53,268 nt of DNA from Mycobacteriales bacterium (GCA_051000715.1 JBPCOB010000065.1:1-53268), one strand, 5' to 3'. Counted from the first letter of the stretch, positions 25,996 through 35,157 are shown. Notes: generated from the letters alone by a model not told the origin. Translations and numbers: made by a program.

Positions 25996-27307
25996 TGGCG
26001 GCGGCCAGCTCCGCGCCGACTTCGGGAACGTCCAGGTGGCGACCGTCCCGGACCACCAGCCGGCCGCCCACGACCACCGACGACACGTCGCTCGCGGTGG
26101 CGGCGAAGACCAGGTGCGCGACCAGCGTCTGCGCAGTGACCCCGGCCAGCCGCGGCGAGTCGGTTCGAAGAGTCACGAAGTCGGCGAGGGCACCGGGCTC
26201 CAGGCGCCCGGCGTCCCAGCCGAGCGCGGCCGCGCCGCCCGCCGTTGCGGCATGCAGCAGGTCCTCCGGCCGGTGGTGGCCGCGTCGCTCGGTGGCCAGC
26301 CGCTCGTCCAGCTCGACGGCTCGGGCCTCCTCCCAGAGGTCGATGACCGCATGGCTGTCGCTGCCGAGACACAGCGGCGAACCGGCCGACGCCAGGGCGG
26401 CCGCCGCGCCGATGCCGTCGGCCAGGTCCCGTTCGGTCGTCGGACACATGCACACCGAGGTCCGGCTACCGCCCAGCAGCTCGACGTCGGCCGGCTCCAG
26501 GTTGGTGGCGTGCACGGCGGTGGTGCACTCCCCCAGAGCCCCGGCGTCGGCAAGAAGCGCGGTCGGCGTCGCGCCGTGGACCGCGCGGCAGGCCTCGTTC
26601 TCGGACCGCTGCTCGGACAGGTGCACGTGCAGCGGGGCCAACCTGTCCTGAGCCCAGGTGGCCACGGTGGCGATCGAGGCGGGGTCGACCGCGCGGACGC
26701 TGTGGATGGCGGCGCCGATCCGCATGCGGTCGCTTCCGGCGAAGCCTTCGACCCGGGCCGCCCAGCGGTCGGCGCTCCGGTCGGTGAAACGCAGCTGCGG
26801 GCCGGCCAGCGGCCGACCGTCGACATCTGCCTGCAGGTAACAGGTGTCCAGCAGGGTGAGGCGCACGCCGGCGTCCGCCGCCGCCCGGACCAGGGCCGAG
26901 CCCATCGCGTTCGGGTCGGCGTAGGGGCGGCCAGCCGGGCCGTGGTGCAGGTAGTGGAACTCCCCCACGGCGGTTATGCCGGCAAGCGCCATCTCGGCGT
27001 ACGTCGCCCGCGCCAGCGCGTAGTAGCTGTCGGGGTCGAGGCGGGCTGCGACGGCATACATCTGCTCGCGCCAGGCCCAGAAGTCGCCGGCGCCGGCCTG
27101 GGTGCGACCGCGCAGCGCCCGGTGGAAGGCGTGTGAGTGCGCGTTCACCAGTCCGGGGACCGTCACCCCGGGCAGCCGGACGGCGTCCGGGGTCGGCTCG
27201 GTGTCCTCGGTCACCGCGGTGATCCGGTCGCCGTCGGCCTCGATGAGCACCCGGGAAGCCGGTCGGCCGATCCAGGCCAGGTCGGCGTACCAGCGGCTCA
27301 CCGACAC
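25982..27307 (-). CDS. hutF: formimidoylglutamate deiminase
   Basis: Amidohydrolase-fold protein of 441 aa. VNAHSHAFHRALRGRTQ and the overall length match HutF. Confidence 0.85.
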   Translation of the reverse strand: MSVSRWYADLAWIGRPASRVLIEADGDRITAVTEDTEPTPDAVRLPGVTVPGLVNAHSHAFHRALRGRTQAGAGDFWAWREQMYAVAARLDPDSYYALARATYAEMALAGITAVGEFHYLHHGPAGRPYADPNAMGSALVRAAADAGVRLTLLDTCYLQADVDGRPLAGPQLRFTDRSADRWAARVEGFAGSDRMRIGAAIHSVRAVDPASIATVATWAQDRLAPLHVHLSEQRSENEACRAVHGATPTALLADAGALGECTTAVHATNLEPADVELLGGSRTSVCMCPTTERDLADGIGAAAALASAGSPLCLGSDSHAVIDLWEEARAVELDERLATERRGHHRPEDLLHAATAGGAAALGWDAGRLEPGALADFVTLRTDSPRLAGVTAQTLVAHLVFAATASDVSSVVVGGRLVVRDGRHLDVPEVGAELAAAISAL

Positions 27308-28534
27308 GCCAGCTCCTCTATCACCGCCGCGAGCACCGACACGCCGGTGACGCAGTCGGCCGGATCGGCGTGTTCAGCCGGGCTGTGGCTGACGCCGGTG
27401 GGATTGCGGACGAAGAGCATCGCAGCCGGTACGACGGCCGCCAGGGCGCCGGCGTCATGGCCGGCCGCCGTGGGCAGGCGCGGTGCCGACCGCCCACGAT
27501 CCGCCAGCACCGTGGCCAACCGGTCGGTCAGCGCGACGTCGAAAGTGACCGCCGCGCTCCGCGACTCCGCCGTTACGGCCATCTCCACCCCCTCTGCTGC
27601 GGCCGCCCGGCGTACCTCCTCGGTCCAGTCGGCGAGCAGCGAGTCGAGGACGTCGTCGCTGGCCGCCCGGGCGTCGAGCCAGGCGGTGGCCGAGGCCGGG
27701 ACGGAGTTGGTGCTGTTGGGCTCGACCAGGACGCGGCCCATCGTGGCGACCGGACCGTCAGCGGCGGTGGCCAGCGCGCGGGCTGCCGCGACGGCACTGG
27801 CGAGCGGCAGCGTCGGGTCGTGGCGGTCGGCCAGCCGGGTGGTGCCGGCGTGGTTAGAGGCACCCGTCAATGAAAGCCGCCACCGCCCGTGCGGCCAGAT
27901 GCCGGTGGCGAGCCCGACCGGCGCCCCCAGGTCGGCCAGCCCGCGACCTTGCTCGACGTGCAGCTCGAGAAATTGGCCGATGCCGGCGATCCGCTCCGGG
28001 TCCGGCCCGATGCCGGCCGGGTCGACGCCGGCGGAGCGCAGCGCGTCCGCCAGGCTGCCACCGGCCGCGTCGGTACGCCGGAGCGCCTCGGCCGGGTCGA
28101 GCGCGCCGGTCATCAGCCGGCTGCCGCGTGGGGAGTCCGAACCGGGCTCCTTCCTCGTCCGCGAAGGCCACCACCGCGACCGGTCGGCGCGGCCGTACGC
28201 CGGACGCGATCAGCTCGTCGAGAGCGAGAAACGCGGATACGACGCCCAGCGCGCCGTCGTACGCCCCGCCGGATGGAACCGTGTCCAGGTGGCTGCCGAG
28301 CACGAGAGCGTCGCCACCGTTTTCCCCCCACCGGGCCCAGAGGTTGCCGTTGCGGTCGGTCTCCTGCGCAAGACCCCGCTCGCCGGCCGCGGCGGCAAAC
28401 CACGCCCTGGCGGCCCGGTCCTCCGGTGTCCAGGCAAAGCGGGAGTACCCGCCGCTGACCGGGTCTCGCCCGATCTCGGCCAGCGTTGCGAACTCCCGCT
28501 CGAACTCGGCGACCGACGTCACGGCTGCCAGCAT
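27298..28534 (-). pseudogene. M20-family amidohydrolase (allantoate amidohydrolase / N-carbamoyl-amino-acid hydrolase type), reading frame interrupted once
   Basis: The N-terminal half (MLAAVTSVAEF...GSHLDTVPSGGAYDGALGV...VAFADEEGARFG) is in one frame. The C-terminal half (GSRLMTGALDP...SNHAGTT...) is in another. The frames switch near 28118-28135. Confidence 0.75.
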
Positions 28535-28732
28535 CCCGCACCGGGCCGGACGGGCCCGCGGGCATTCTCCGGGTTGCAGCATCCCGGCCAGTCGAGATCG
28601 TGGCCCGGGCCGGCACTTCCTTGATCGTTGTTTCCTGTACCCGCCGGAATCGGCAAAATCGGCGAGTACGAGCAGCAACGATCGATCGCCGAGACGTCGA
28701 GGTGGCAACGCACCGATCGACTAGGCCTCGCA

Positions 28733-28757
28733 CCGGCACGCCCGTGGGGCGTGCTGG
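28733..28757 (-). terminator. candidate stem-loop just downstream of the BNR-protein stop
   Basis: CCGGCACGCC-n5-GGCGTGCTGG gives 9 of 10 pairs on the transcribed strand. It lies 9 nt past the stop codon and has no U-tract. Confidence 0.3.
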
Positions 28758-28765
28758 TCGGTGGG

Positions 28766-31315
28766 CTAGGAAAGATCAAGCTTCCATAGGCCACGGCCGT
28801 GCGTCGCGGCAATAAGGTAGTTGCCGTTGGGCGCCGGAACCAGGTCGTTAACCGAGGTGTTCGGCAGGTTCCTGCCCAGGGTGTACCAACTCCCGGGGTG
28901 GTCGGCGACGCTGGCGAAGACACCGATGTCGGTGCCCACGACCAGCCGCCCCTTCCAGATGACCAGGTCGTTGGTCGGGATGTCCGGCAGGTTGCCGCTG
29001 ATGTCGGTCCAGCTCGAGCCGCCGTTGCGGGACTCGAACACGTGCCCCACACCGCCGCCCGGGATCCAGCGCCGGGAGAACGCGCCGTACGTCGCGTAGA
29101 CGTGCGCCGCGTTCGCCGGGTCGACCGTGAGGGCGGTCACGATCCGGTTGGGCAGCACCGGAGCGTGCACCCGGTGCCAGGTGCCGCCGTAGTTGGTGTC
29201 GATGCCCGAGATGAACGGCTGGCCGATGGACTCCCGGCCCGGGTTGCAGCCGTTGCCGCACCAGCCGGCATAGATCGTCTTGCCGGAAACCTCGACGGCG
29301 GTGGTCTGGGCGCCGGCGCCGAGATCACGAACGATCTTCCAGTCACAGGTGTCGTTGTTGCAGACGGTGTTCCAGCCCTTGCCGTGGTTGTCCCAGATCA
29401 TCTGGCCGCCGGCCACCCAGTGGTTGATGTTGTGGATGTCGGCCTCGAACGGCGCGATGAATCGCGGGTTCGGGTCGCACGGGTCGGGCGTGAACTCGAA
29501 GCTCGCGCACGCCGGCGAGATCGTGGTGAACGACCGGTTGCTTCCGTCGGACCGGCCACCGTTCTGCGTCCGCGCCATGTTGAGGAACACGTACTCGACG
29601 ACCGCCTTGTTGGCGTTGTTCGGGTCGACGATCACGTCACCGCCGTCACCGCCGAACGGCGAGACGATCCGGTTGGCGTTCGGCTTCTGCAGCGTCACGC
29701 CGTTGTCCTGCGTACCGCCCCAGATCGCGTTTCCGCCGGCCAGCTGGCCGATGCCGGCGTAGTAGTACTGGAGGGTGTGCAGGGTGCGGTTGAGGTCGGT
29801 CCAGCTCACCACGTCGTGCAGCGAGGTGGGCCGGCGCCAGACGCCGCCGTCATTGCCCCCGTAGAAGGTGCCGTCCGGGCTGATGATGGCCGCGTGCTGG
29901 TCGGGGTGCGTGGTGTCGGGGCAGGTGTCCTTGTTCGGGTCGGGGTTCCAGCACGGCAGCGGGAAGTTCCAGTACGGCCCGATGGTGCTCCACTTCGCGC
30001 CGTAGCTGGTGCTTTCGAAGATCTCCTCGAGACCCAGGTACACGTGCCCGGCGTCCTTCGGATCGACCAGAACGTACTGGTTGTACCAGGCCTGCTGGCC
30101 CGGAGTACCGCCGGACTTGGCCAGCGCCGAGCCCGAGCGAGCCAGCTTTGCGGCGTCCGCGACGAGCCTCCACGGGCCTGCCGGGTTCCCGTCGTTCAGC
30201 GTCCGGTAGACACCCTGCAGGTTGAGCAGGTTGGGGTTCTCCACGACGGCGTACAGCATGGCGCCGTTGCTCGACCACGAGAACGTGGTGCGCCCGATCA
30301 GGCTCGGGTCGACGTCCCCGCCCGGCGTAATCTTCTTCCAGGAGCCCAGCTGGCCGCCGGTGGTGGACACGTACCAGCCGTTGTGCGCAATGTCCTCCGG
30401 CAGCGTGCCACCGCGCCAACCGAGCGCGGCCAGCACGTACTTGCCGTCGCTGCCGGGCTTGACCTTCACGTCAGTGAAGAACGACCCGCGGTACGGCGAG
30501 TTGGTCGGGTTCGGGTCGGGCTTGAGCACCGTGGCCCACGGGGTGCTCATCTCGCCGCTCCCCCGCCGCAGCAGCCCACGGCTGGTCGAGGCGTACACGT
30601 GGCCTACGCCGTCGAAGGCGATGTGTGAGACCAGGCTGTTGCGGAGCTCTTGGCCGACCCGGGAGAAGGTGCGACCACCGTCGGCCGAGCGGTAGATGCC
30701 CGCCCCCGCGTAGTTCTCGAATGCGGTGTTGGCCTCCCCCGTGCCCACCCATACGGAGTGGTCGCGGGGATTCACCGTGAGAGCACCGACGGCGATACGC
30801 TCCTTGTTCTGGAACAACGGGGTCCAGGTGCCGCCGCGGTTGGTGGACTTCCACACCCCGCCGTCGGCCGCACCGGCGTACACCGTGTCACCGTCGGTGT
30901 CGAGCGCGGTCATGCGGCCGCTGACCAGGCCCCAGCCGGCGCCCGAGTTGGACCAGAACGGGTCGCGGTAGTCGGCCGTGTCGTTCTGGTAGGGGATGTC
31001 GGTGACTTCTTTCCAGGTGCGGCCGGCCACTCCCAGGCGGGCGGCCTGAGCCCGGGCAGCGGCGAAGGCAGCGGAGCTCACCGTCGTTCCGGGCGCCGTA
31101 CGGACGGCGGCGTACTGGCTGGCACCGTCGAGAATCTCCGAGCCGTTCTCGGAACCTCCACTGCCCTTGTCGGCCGCTGCGCGGGCCAGTGGCCCGACAC
31201 GATGGCTTCCGTTCGGGCCGGCGACACCGGGGGCCGCCGTCATCAGCAGCGCCACGGGTACTGCACCGGCGGCCAGGATCGTTCCCCTCCGCCATCGTCT
31301 GGTGGTCGTATGCAA
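28766..31315 (-). CDS. secreted BNR/Asp-box repeat protein (sortilin/VPS10- or GH74-like beta-propeller glycosidase family)
   Basis: 849 aa with an N-terminal signal-like segment. Several Asp-box motifs are present (STNRGGTW, SADGGRTF, SRNGGSSW). Confidence 0.85.
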   Translation of the reverse strand: MHTTTRRWRRGTILAAGAVPVALLMTAAPGVAGPNGSHRVGPLARAAADKGSGGSENGSEILDGASQYAAVRTAPGTTVSSAAFAAARAQAARLGVAGRTWKEVTDIPYQNDTADYRDPFWSNSGAGWGLVSGRMTALDTDGDTVYAGAADGGVWKSTNRGGTWTPLFQNKERIAVGALTVNPRDHSVWVGTGEANTAFENYAGAGIYRSADGGRTFSRVGQELRNSLVSHIAFDGVGHVYASTSRGLLRRGSGEMSTPWATVLKPDPNPTNSPYRGSFFTDVKVKPGSDGKYVLAALGWRGGTLPEDIAHNGWYVSTTGGQLGSWKKITPGGDVDPSLIGRTTFSWSSNGAMLYAVVENPNLLNLQGVYRTLNDGNPAGPWRLVADAAKLARSGSALAKSGGTPGQQAWYNQYVLVDPKDAGHVYLGLEEIFESTSYGAKWSTIGPYWNFPLPCWNPDPNKDTCPDTTHPDQHAAIISPDGTFYGGNDGGVWRRPTSLHDVVSWTDLNRTLHTLQYYYAGIGQLAGGNAIWGGTQDNGVTLQKPNANRIVSPFGGDGGDVIVDPNNANKAVVEYVFLNMARTQNGGRSDGSNRSFTTISPACASFEFTPDPCDPNPRFIAPFEADIHNINHWVAGGQMIWDNHGKGWNTVCNNDTCDWKIVRDLGAGAQTTAVEVSGKTIYAGWCGNGCNPGRESIGQPFISGIDTNYGGTWHRVHAPVLPNRIVTALTVDPANAAHVYATYGAFSRRWIPGGGVGHVFESRNGGSSWTDISGNLPDIPTNDLVIWKGRLVVGTDIGVFASVADHPGSWYTLGRNLPNTSVNDLVPAPNGNYLIAATHGRGLWKLDLS

Positions 31316-31424
31316 GGGCCCTCCTCAGGGTTTCTCGCGGTCGCCGTAGAGCGCAGCCCAGGCCGCGGACGTCCGCAGTGTATTGATGCGGCGGAATGTC
31401 GCTGACCGCGACTTCGACCCCTCG

Positions 31425-32540
31425 TCAGTCGGGAGCCCCATCAGGGGCGATTTCGCCAGGCCGGAGCGGTGCGTCCGACCCGGTCAGGGCGGTGGGCGGA
31501 TCGGATGGCGGCGCGGGCTGCGCCGGCGGGGTGCCTTCCGAAGGGTCGGGCATCTCCCCGCCCTGGACTTCTGCCGTCGACTCGAATGTGTCGGTCGCCG
31601 GCCGTTCTTCGGCGGCAGCATCGGAGGGCTCGACGCTTCCGTGGTGGTCAGGAACGGTCGGAGTCGTGCTCGGGTCCTCGGCGGAGCCGCCCTCGGCGGC
31701 CTCGGGGGACACAGCCGCCTCTTCGGCGGCGGGAGTCGCTGCGGCCTCGGCGCCGGTGAGCTCCGCCCCTGCCCCTTCCAGCGGCACCCGGCTACCGCCG
31801 CGCCGCGGTCGTCGCCGACGAGTCCGCCGGGGCTTGTCGTCGTCGGTCGGGGCGGCTGATCCGTCTTCCGGTGTCGCCACCCGAGCCTCGGCGTTCTTTC
31901 GCCGCCTGGCCGGTCGCCGAGCGGCCACCCGCTCGGCTCGCGCCGCCGACTTGGTCTCCTTCTCCTGCAGCTCGGCCGCCTCCGGGTGGTTCTTTACCCA
32001 CTCTGCAAGAGCCGCGCGGCGTACCGCCGTCCACGCCGAGCGGAGTCGGTCCCACTCCTGCGAACTGCGCTCGGTGACCATCGGGTCCTCGGCTAGTAAC
32101 CGCCAACCGGCCTCGCTCGCGCGCTCGAACCGGTCGCCGCGGGAAAGCGCGTCGACCAGCCGCGTGCCGGCGGCCTCCGCATCCCCGCCGGCGGCCTCGG
32201 CGACGGCCGTCCGCAGGGCCGTCTCCTGCTCGGGCGGCAGCGTCGGCCGCGGCGGGCGGGTTGGGCGCGAAGACCGTGGTGGGCCGCTCCGCCGCTGCGG
32301 CTCACCGGCGGGAGCCCGGTCACGGGCAGGAGCGCGGTCACGGGCGGAAGCGGGGTCTCGCTCCGAGCCGCGTGCACGCTCCACGCCGCGAGCGGCGTCG
32401 GCCAGGTCCTCGTTGAAGCGCATGATCGCCTTGTTCTCGGCGATGACGTTGCGGTCGAGGAACGACTGCCGCTTGCTCAGCCCGGTGGCCTTCTTCTTTC
32501 CCGGCACGCGGTCCCTCCTTGCCCTCTCGGTCTGTGCCAC
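31425..32540 (-). CDS. hypothetical basic, low-complexity (probably disordered) protein
   Basis: The minus frame has the clearly higher GC3. The N-terminus reads KKKATGLSKRQSFLDRNVIAENKAIMRFNEDLADAARG. The rest is R/P/A/E-rich and contains an 18-nt tandem duplication (RDRAPA twice). Confidence 0.55.
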   Translation of the reverse strand: MAQTERARRDRVPGKKKATGLSKRQSFLDRNVIAENKAIMRFNEDLADAARGVERARGSERDPASARDRAPARDRAPAGEPQRRSGPPRSSRPTRPPRPTLPPEQETALRTAVAEAAGGDAEAAGTRLVDALSRGDRFERASEAGWRLLAEDPMVTERSSQEWDRLRSAWTAVRRAALAEWVKNHPEAAELQEKETKSAARAERVAARRPARRRKNAEARVATPEDGSAAPTDDDKPRRTRRRRPRRGGSRVPLEGAGAELTGAEAAATPAAEEAAVSPEAAEGGSAEDPSTTPTVPDHHGSVEPSDAAAEERPATDTFESTAEVQGGEMPDPSEGTPPAQPAPPSDPPTALTGSDAPLRPGEIAPDGAPD

Positions 32541-32720
32541 TTAGCAGTGTGCCCGCTCGTGCCGCGACCTGCGGGTGAAATCGGCACGGGCCTCCCACGG
32601 TCGCCGGCGCTCAATCTCACGAGCGGTATGACCGCCGCCGGGTGTGCAGCCGCTGGACGCTAGGAACCGGACCGGGTGCCGACCTCCGTCCGCGGGTAGG
32701 CGGGCGAACGGAGGTGCCCT

Positions 32721-33200
32721 ATGAGGCTGCCCGTTCCGGGACCCGGCGAGCTGGTGCGTGCGCTGCACGAGCTGACCTCGGCACTGGCCGGTGTCGCACC
32801 GGGTCTCAGCCGCGCGCTCGCCCTCCTCCCGCGGATCGAGGAACTGCTCGTCCGGGTCGACACGGTGGTGTCGGACATCGAGAGGACCGTGGACCGGACC
32901 GAGTCCGCCGTACGCCGGGTCGAGGAGCTGCTGGCGGCCTACGAAGAACCGGTGCGGGAGCTCGCGCCGACGGTTCGTCGGCTGGCCGAGACGATGGACC
33001 CGGCCGAGGTAGAGGCCGCGGTGGCGCTGGTCGACCGGCTACCCCGGCTGCTCGACGCGGTGGACCGGGACGTGCTGCCGATGTTGACCCAGCTGCAGGC
33101 GGTGGGGCCGGACGTGCACGAGCTGCTGGACATCGTCGACGACGTACGCCGGATGCTCGCCGGCCTGCCGGGTGTCGCCCTGCTCCGGCGCGACGGCTGA
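32721..33200 (+). CDS. hypothetical all-helical protein
   Basis: 159 aa, rich in L/V/E/R with heptad-like spacing and high GC3. No family recognised. Confidence 0.55.
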   Translation: MRLPVPGPGELVRALHELTSALAGVAPGLSRALALLPRIEELLVRVDTVVSDIERTVDRTESAVRRVEELLAAYEEPVRELAPTVRRLAETMDPAEVEAAVALVDRLPRLLDAVDRDVLPMLTQLQAVGPDVHELLDIVDDVRRMLAGLPGVALLRRDG

Positions 33201-33221
33201 CCGCGCCCTACTCTGGGTGCT

Positions 33222-33941
33222 GTGCAGCCCCAGCTGGCGTGGCAGGGCTCGCTCTTCGACGGGGGGCCGGCGGAGGTCGATCTCACCTTCGCCGGCCTGC
33301 GCCGCATCGAGCTCGACGAGTCCTCGTGGGTGGACTACTGCCCCGGTTGGCTGCGCGGCTCCGACCAGCTCTTCGCCGAGCTGCTGGCGCAGGGGCAGTG
33401 GCGCCAGCGCGAACTTTGGATGTACGAGCGGAAGGTCCGCGAGCCCCGGCTCACGGCCGGCTGGCGGCTTCCGGATGGCGAACAGGCGGTGCGCACCTGG
33501 ACCCGCCACGTCCACGAGGACCAGGAGGAGGGCCGGGCCGACGCGGAGGCAGCTTCCACCCCAGCGGCCTTGCGGCGAATCACGGCCGTGCTGAGCGATC
33601 GGTACGGCGTAGAACTCGACAGCGTCTGGGTGAACCTGTACCGCGACGGCAGGGACAGCGTGGCCTGGCACGGCGACCGCAACGCCAAGGTGCTGACCAA
33701 CCCGCTGGTCGTGACCGTCTCGCTCGGTGCCCGGCGCAAGTTCCTGCTCCGTGTGAAGGGGACCACCAAAGCGGTTCACCGCCTCGATCCGGGTTGCGGC
33801 GACCTGGTCGTCATGGGCGGCGCCTGTCAGCACGACTGGGAGCACTGCGTGCCCAAGACGGCGCGGGCCGTCGGCCCACGGATGTCGGCGACGATCCGGC
33901 ACTCGCAACCCGCCTCCGGGGATCCCGGTGGGTCGCGCTAG
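33222..33941 (+). CDS. alkB: alpha-ketoglutarate-dependent dioxygenase AlkB-like
   Basis: VNLYRDGRDSVAWHGDR and DLVVMGGACQHDWEHCVP motifs (2OG-Fe(II) oxygenase). Confidence 0.8.
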   Translation: MQPQLAWQGSLFDGGPAEVDLTFAGLRRIELDESSWVDYCPGWLRGSDQLFAELLAQGQWRQRELWMYERKVREPRLTAGWRLPDGEQAVRTWTRHVHEDQEEGRADAEAASTPAALRRITAVLSDRYGVELDSVWVNLYRDGRDSVAWHGDRNAKVLTNPLVVTVSLGARRKFLLRVKGTTKAVHRLDPGCGDLVVMGGACQHDWEHCVPKTARAVGPRMSATIRHSQPASGDPGGSR

Positions 33942-34495
33942 CGCCGGTGAGGTGGCCTAGAAGCGGGGCGGCCATGGTCGCGACGGCGTACGGCGGGCGG
34001 CAGGTCGGCGAACCACCGCAGCACGGCCTCCTCGTAGTGGACGCCGAAAGACAGCGTCGCCCGGGTGTGCGGGTCGACACCGCTCGCCCTCAGCTGTTCA
34101 TCGGTCGCGCGGTATTGCGCCAGCCGGGCCCGATGCCGCTCTTCGGCCTCGTCCAGAAGCCTCGCCAGCCGACCCGGCGGCAGCGACGCGCCGAAGGCGA
34201 CGGCGAGCAGCAGCGGAATTCGGATGGTCTCCGCCGGCAGTTCCTGGCTGAGCCAGTCCCCAAATGCCGCCCGGCCGCGCTCGGTGAGGCGGTAGGGACG
34301 GGACTCCCGCGGGCCGGTTGGTCCGGAGGTGACCAGACCGTCGGCGGCCAGCGCCACGAGTTCGCGGTAGACCTGGCTGCGGCTCAGACTCCAGAAGTCC
34401 CCGACCCGCTGCTGCGCGACCCGGACCAGGTCCGCGCCGGTGAGCTCGCCGCACTGCCCTATCAATCCGAGCAGCGAGGCCGCCGTGGCGTTCAT
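33938..34495 (-). CDS. PadR family transcriptional regulator
   Basis: I chose ATG 34495. The winged-helix segment is SLLGLIGQCGELTGADLV...SQVYRELVALAADGLV...RPYRLTERG. Confidence 0.8.
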   Translation of the reverse strand: MNATAASLLGLIGQCGELTGADLVRVAQQRVGDFWSLSRSQVYRELVALAADGLVTSGPTGPRESRPYRLTERGRAAFGDWLSQELPAETIRIPLLLAVAFGASLPPGRLARLLDEAEERHRARLAQYRATDEQLRASGVDPHTRATLSFGVHYEEAVLRWFADLPPAVRRRDHGRPASRPPHRR

Positions 34496-34512
34496 CGCAC
34501 CTCCGAGGCTTG

Positions 34513-34561
34513 ACTGTCCACTGTGGAGGGTACGACACTGTGGACAGTCCAATGTGGACAG
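34513..34561. promoter_or_regulatory. candidate PadR operator array in the divergent padR / DUF1707 promoter region
   Basis: TGTGGACAG occurs twice as a direct repeat (34539-34547 and 34553-34561). Its near reverse complement CTGTCCACT lies at 34514-34522, and an extra TGTGGA lies at 34522-34527. Confidence 0.4.
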
Positions 34562-34578
34562 CGTGAGGAGGTAACCCG

Positions 34579-35157
34579 ATGGCTCCGTCAGAAACCGGCT
34601 CGGCGCCCGGTGAGACCACCAGGGCCCGGGCGCAGGCACCGTCGCGACGCGTGGGTGACGCCGAACGCGACGAGGTTGCGCAGCGACTGGCCGAGGCGAC
34701 GGCCGACGGCCTGTTGCAGTTCGACGAGCTGGACGAGCGACTGAGCCGGGTCTTCGCCGCCCGGACCGGGGGTGAGCTGGCGGCGGTGACGGCCGACCTG
34801 CCGGCGGAATGGCTCCGGGAGCGGCAGCGCATCGAACGGGCGGCCCGGCGGGCGGTCGATGCCCGCCGCGGGCTCGCGGCGCAGGTGCGCTGGTACCTGC
34901 TCGTCATGGCCGGTCTGGTCGCCGTATGGGCAGCCGTCGGCGTGACGGCGCACGCCTGGTATCCGTGGCCGGTGTGGCCGGCGCTCGGCTGGGGCATCGG
35001 CCTGGTCAAGCACGCGAGGGCGGCGTACGCCGGTCAGACCCCGCGGCCTCGGTTCGTACCAGCCGGGTGGTCTGACGCTCCACCGCGAAGGACAGGAACG
35101 GCACCGTGCCGGCGAGCAGCACCAGCACGGTTCGGCCCAGCGGCCACCGGCACTTGA
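34579..35157 (+). CDS. DUF1707 domain-containing membrane protein
   Basis: RVGDAERDEVAQRLAEATADGLLQFDELDERLSRVFAART is the DUF1707 signature, followed by 2 TM helices. The R/P/A-rich tail past about 35030 is antisense to the next gene and may be read-through. Confidence 0.7.
   Translation: MAPSETGSAPGETTRARAQAPSRRVGDAERDEVAQRLAEATADGLLQFDELDERLSRVFAARTGGELAAVTADLPAEWLRERQRIERAARRAVDARRGLAAQVRWYLLVMAGLVAVWAAVGVTAHAWYPWPVWPALGWGIGLVKHARAAYAGQTPRPRFVPAGWSDAPPRRTGTAPCRRAAPARFGPAATGT

Noticed and set aside
24663-26651. 662-aa plus-strand ORF. Similar long R/P/G/A-rich ORFs lie at 8490-10154, 32642-34513, 37082-39205, 13761-14933 and 46147-47853.
   Set aside because: They have extreme Arg/Pro/Gly/Ala content and no motifs. 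Each overlaps, out of frame or antisense, genes with strong homology signatures. They are stop-codon-poor alternative frames.
27137-28624. 495-aa Ser/Ala-rich plus-strand ORF
   Set aside because: It is antisense to the M20 amidohydrolase and the hutF start. It is low complexity, and the minus frames carry recognisable enzyme motifs.
31217-31315. RRWRRG in the BNR protein signal region, considered as a twin-arginine (Tat) motif
   Set aside because: It does not fit the S/T-R-R-x-F-L-K consensus well. Either Sec or Tat export is possible, so I made no claim beyond a signal-like N-terminus.
33450-33560. A possible extra acidic segment of about 25 residues (VRTWTRHVHEDQEEGRADAEAAS) in the AlkB-like protein
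   Set aside because: I cannot tell a lineage-specific loop from a compensated double frameshift without an alignment. The catalytic motifs on both sides are in frame.
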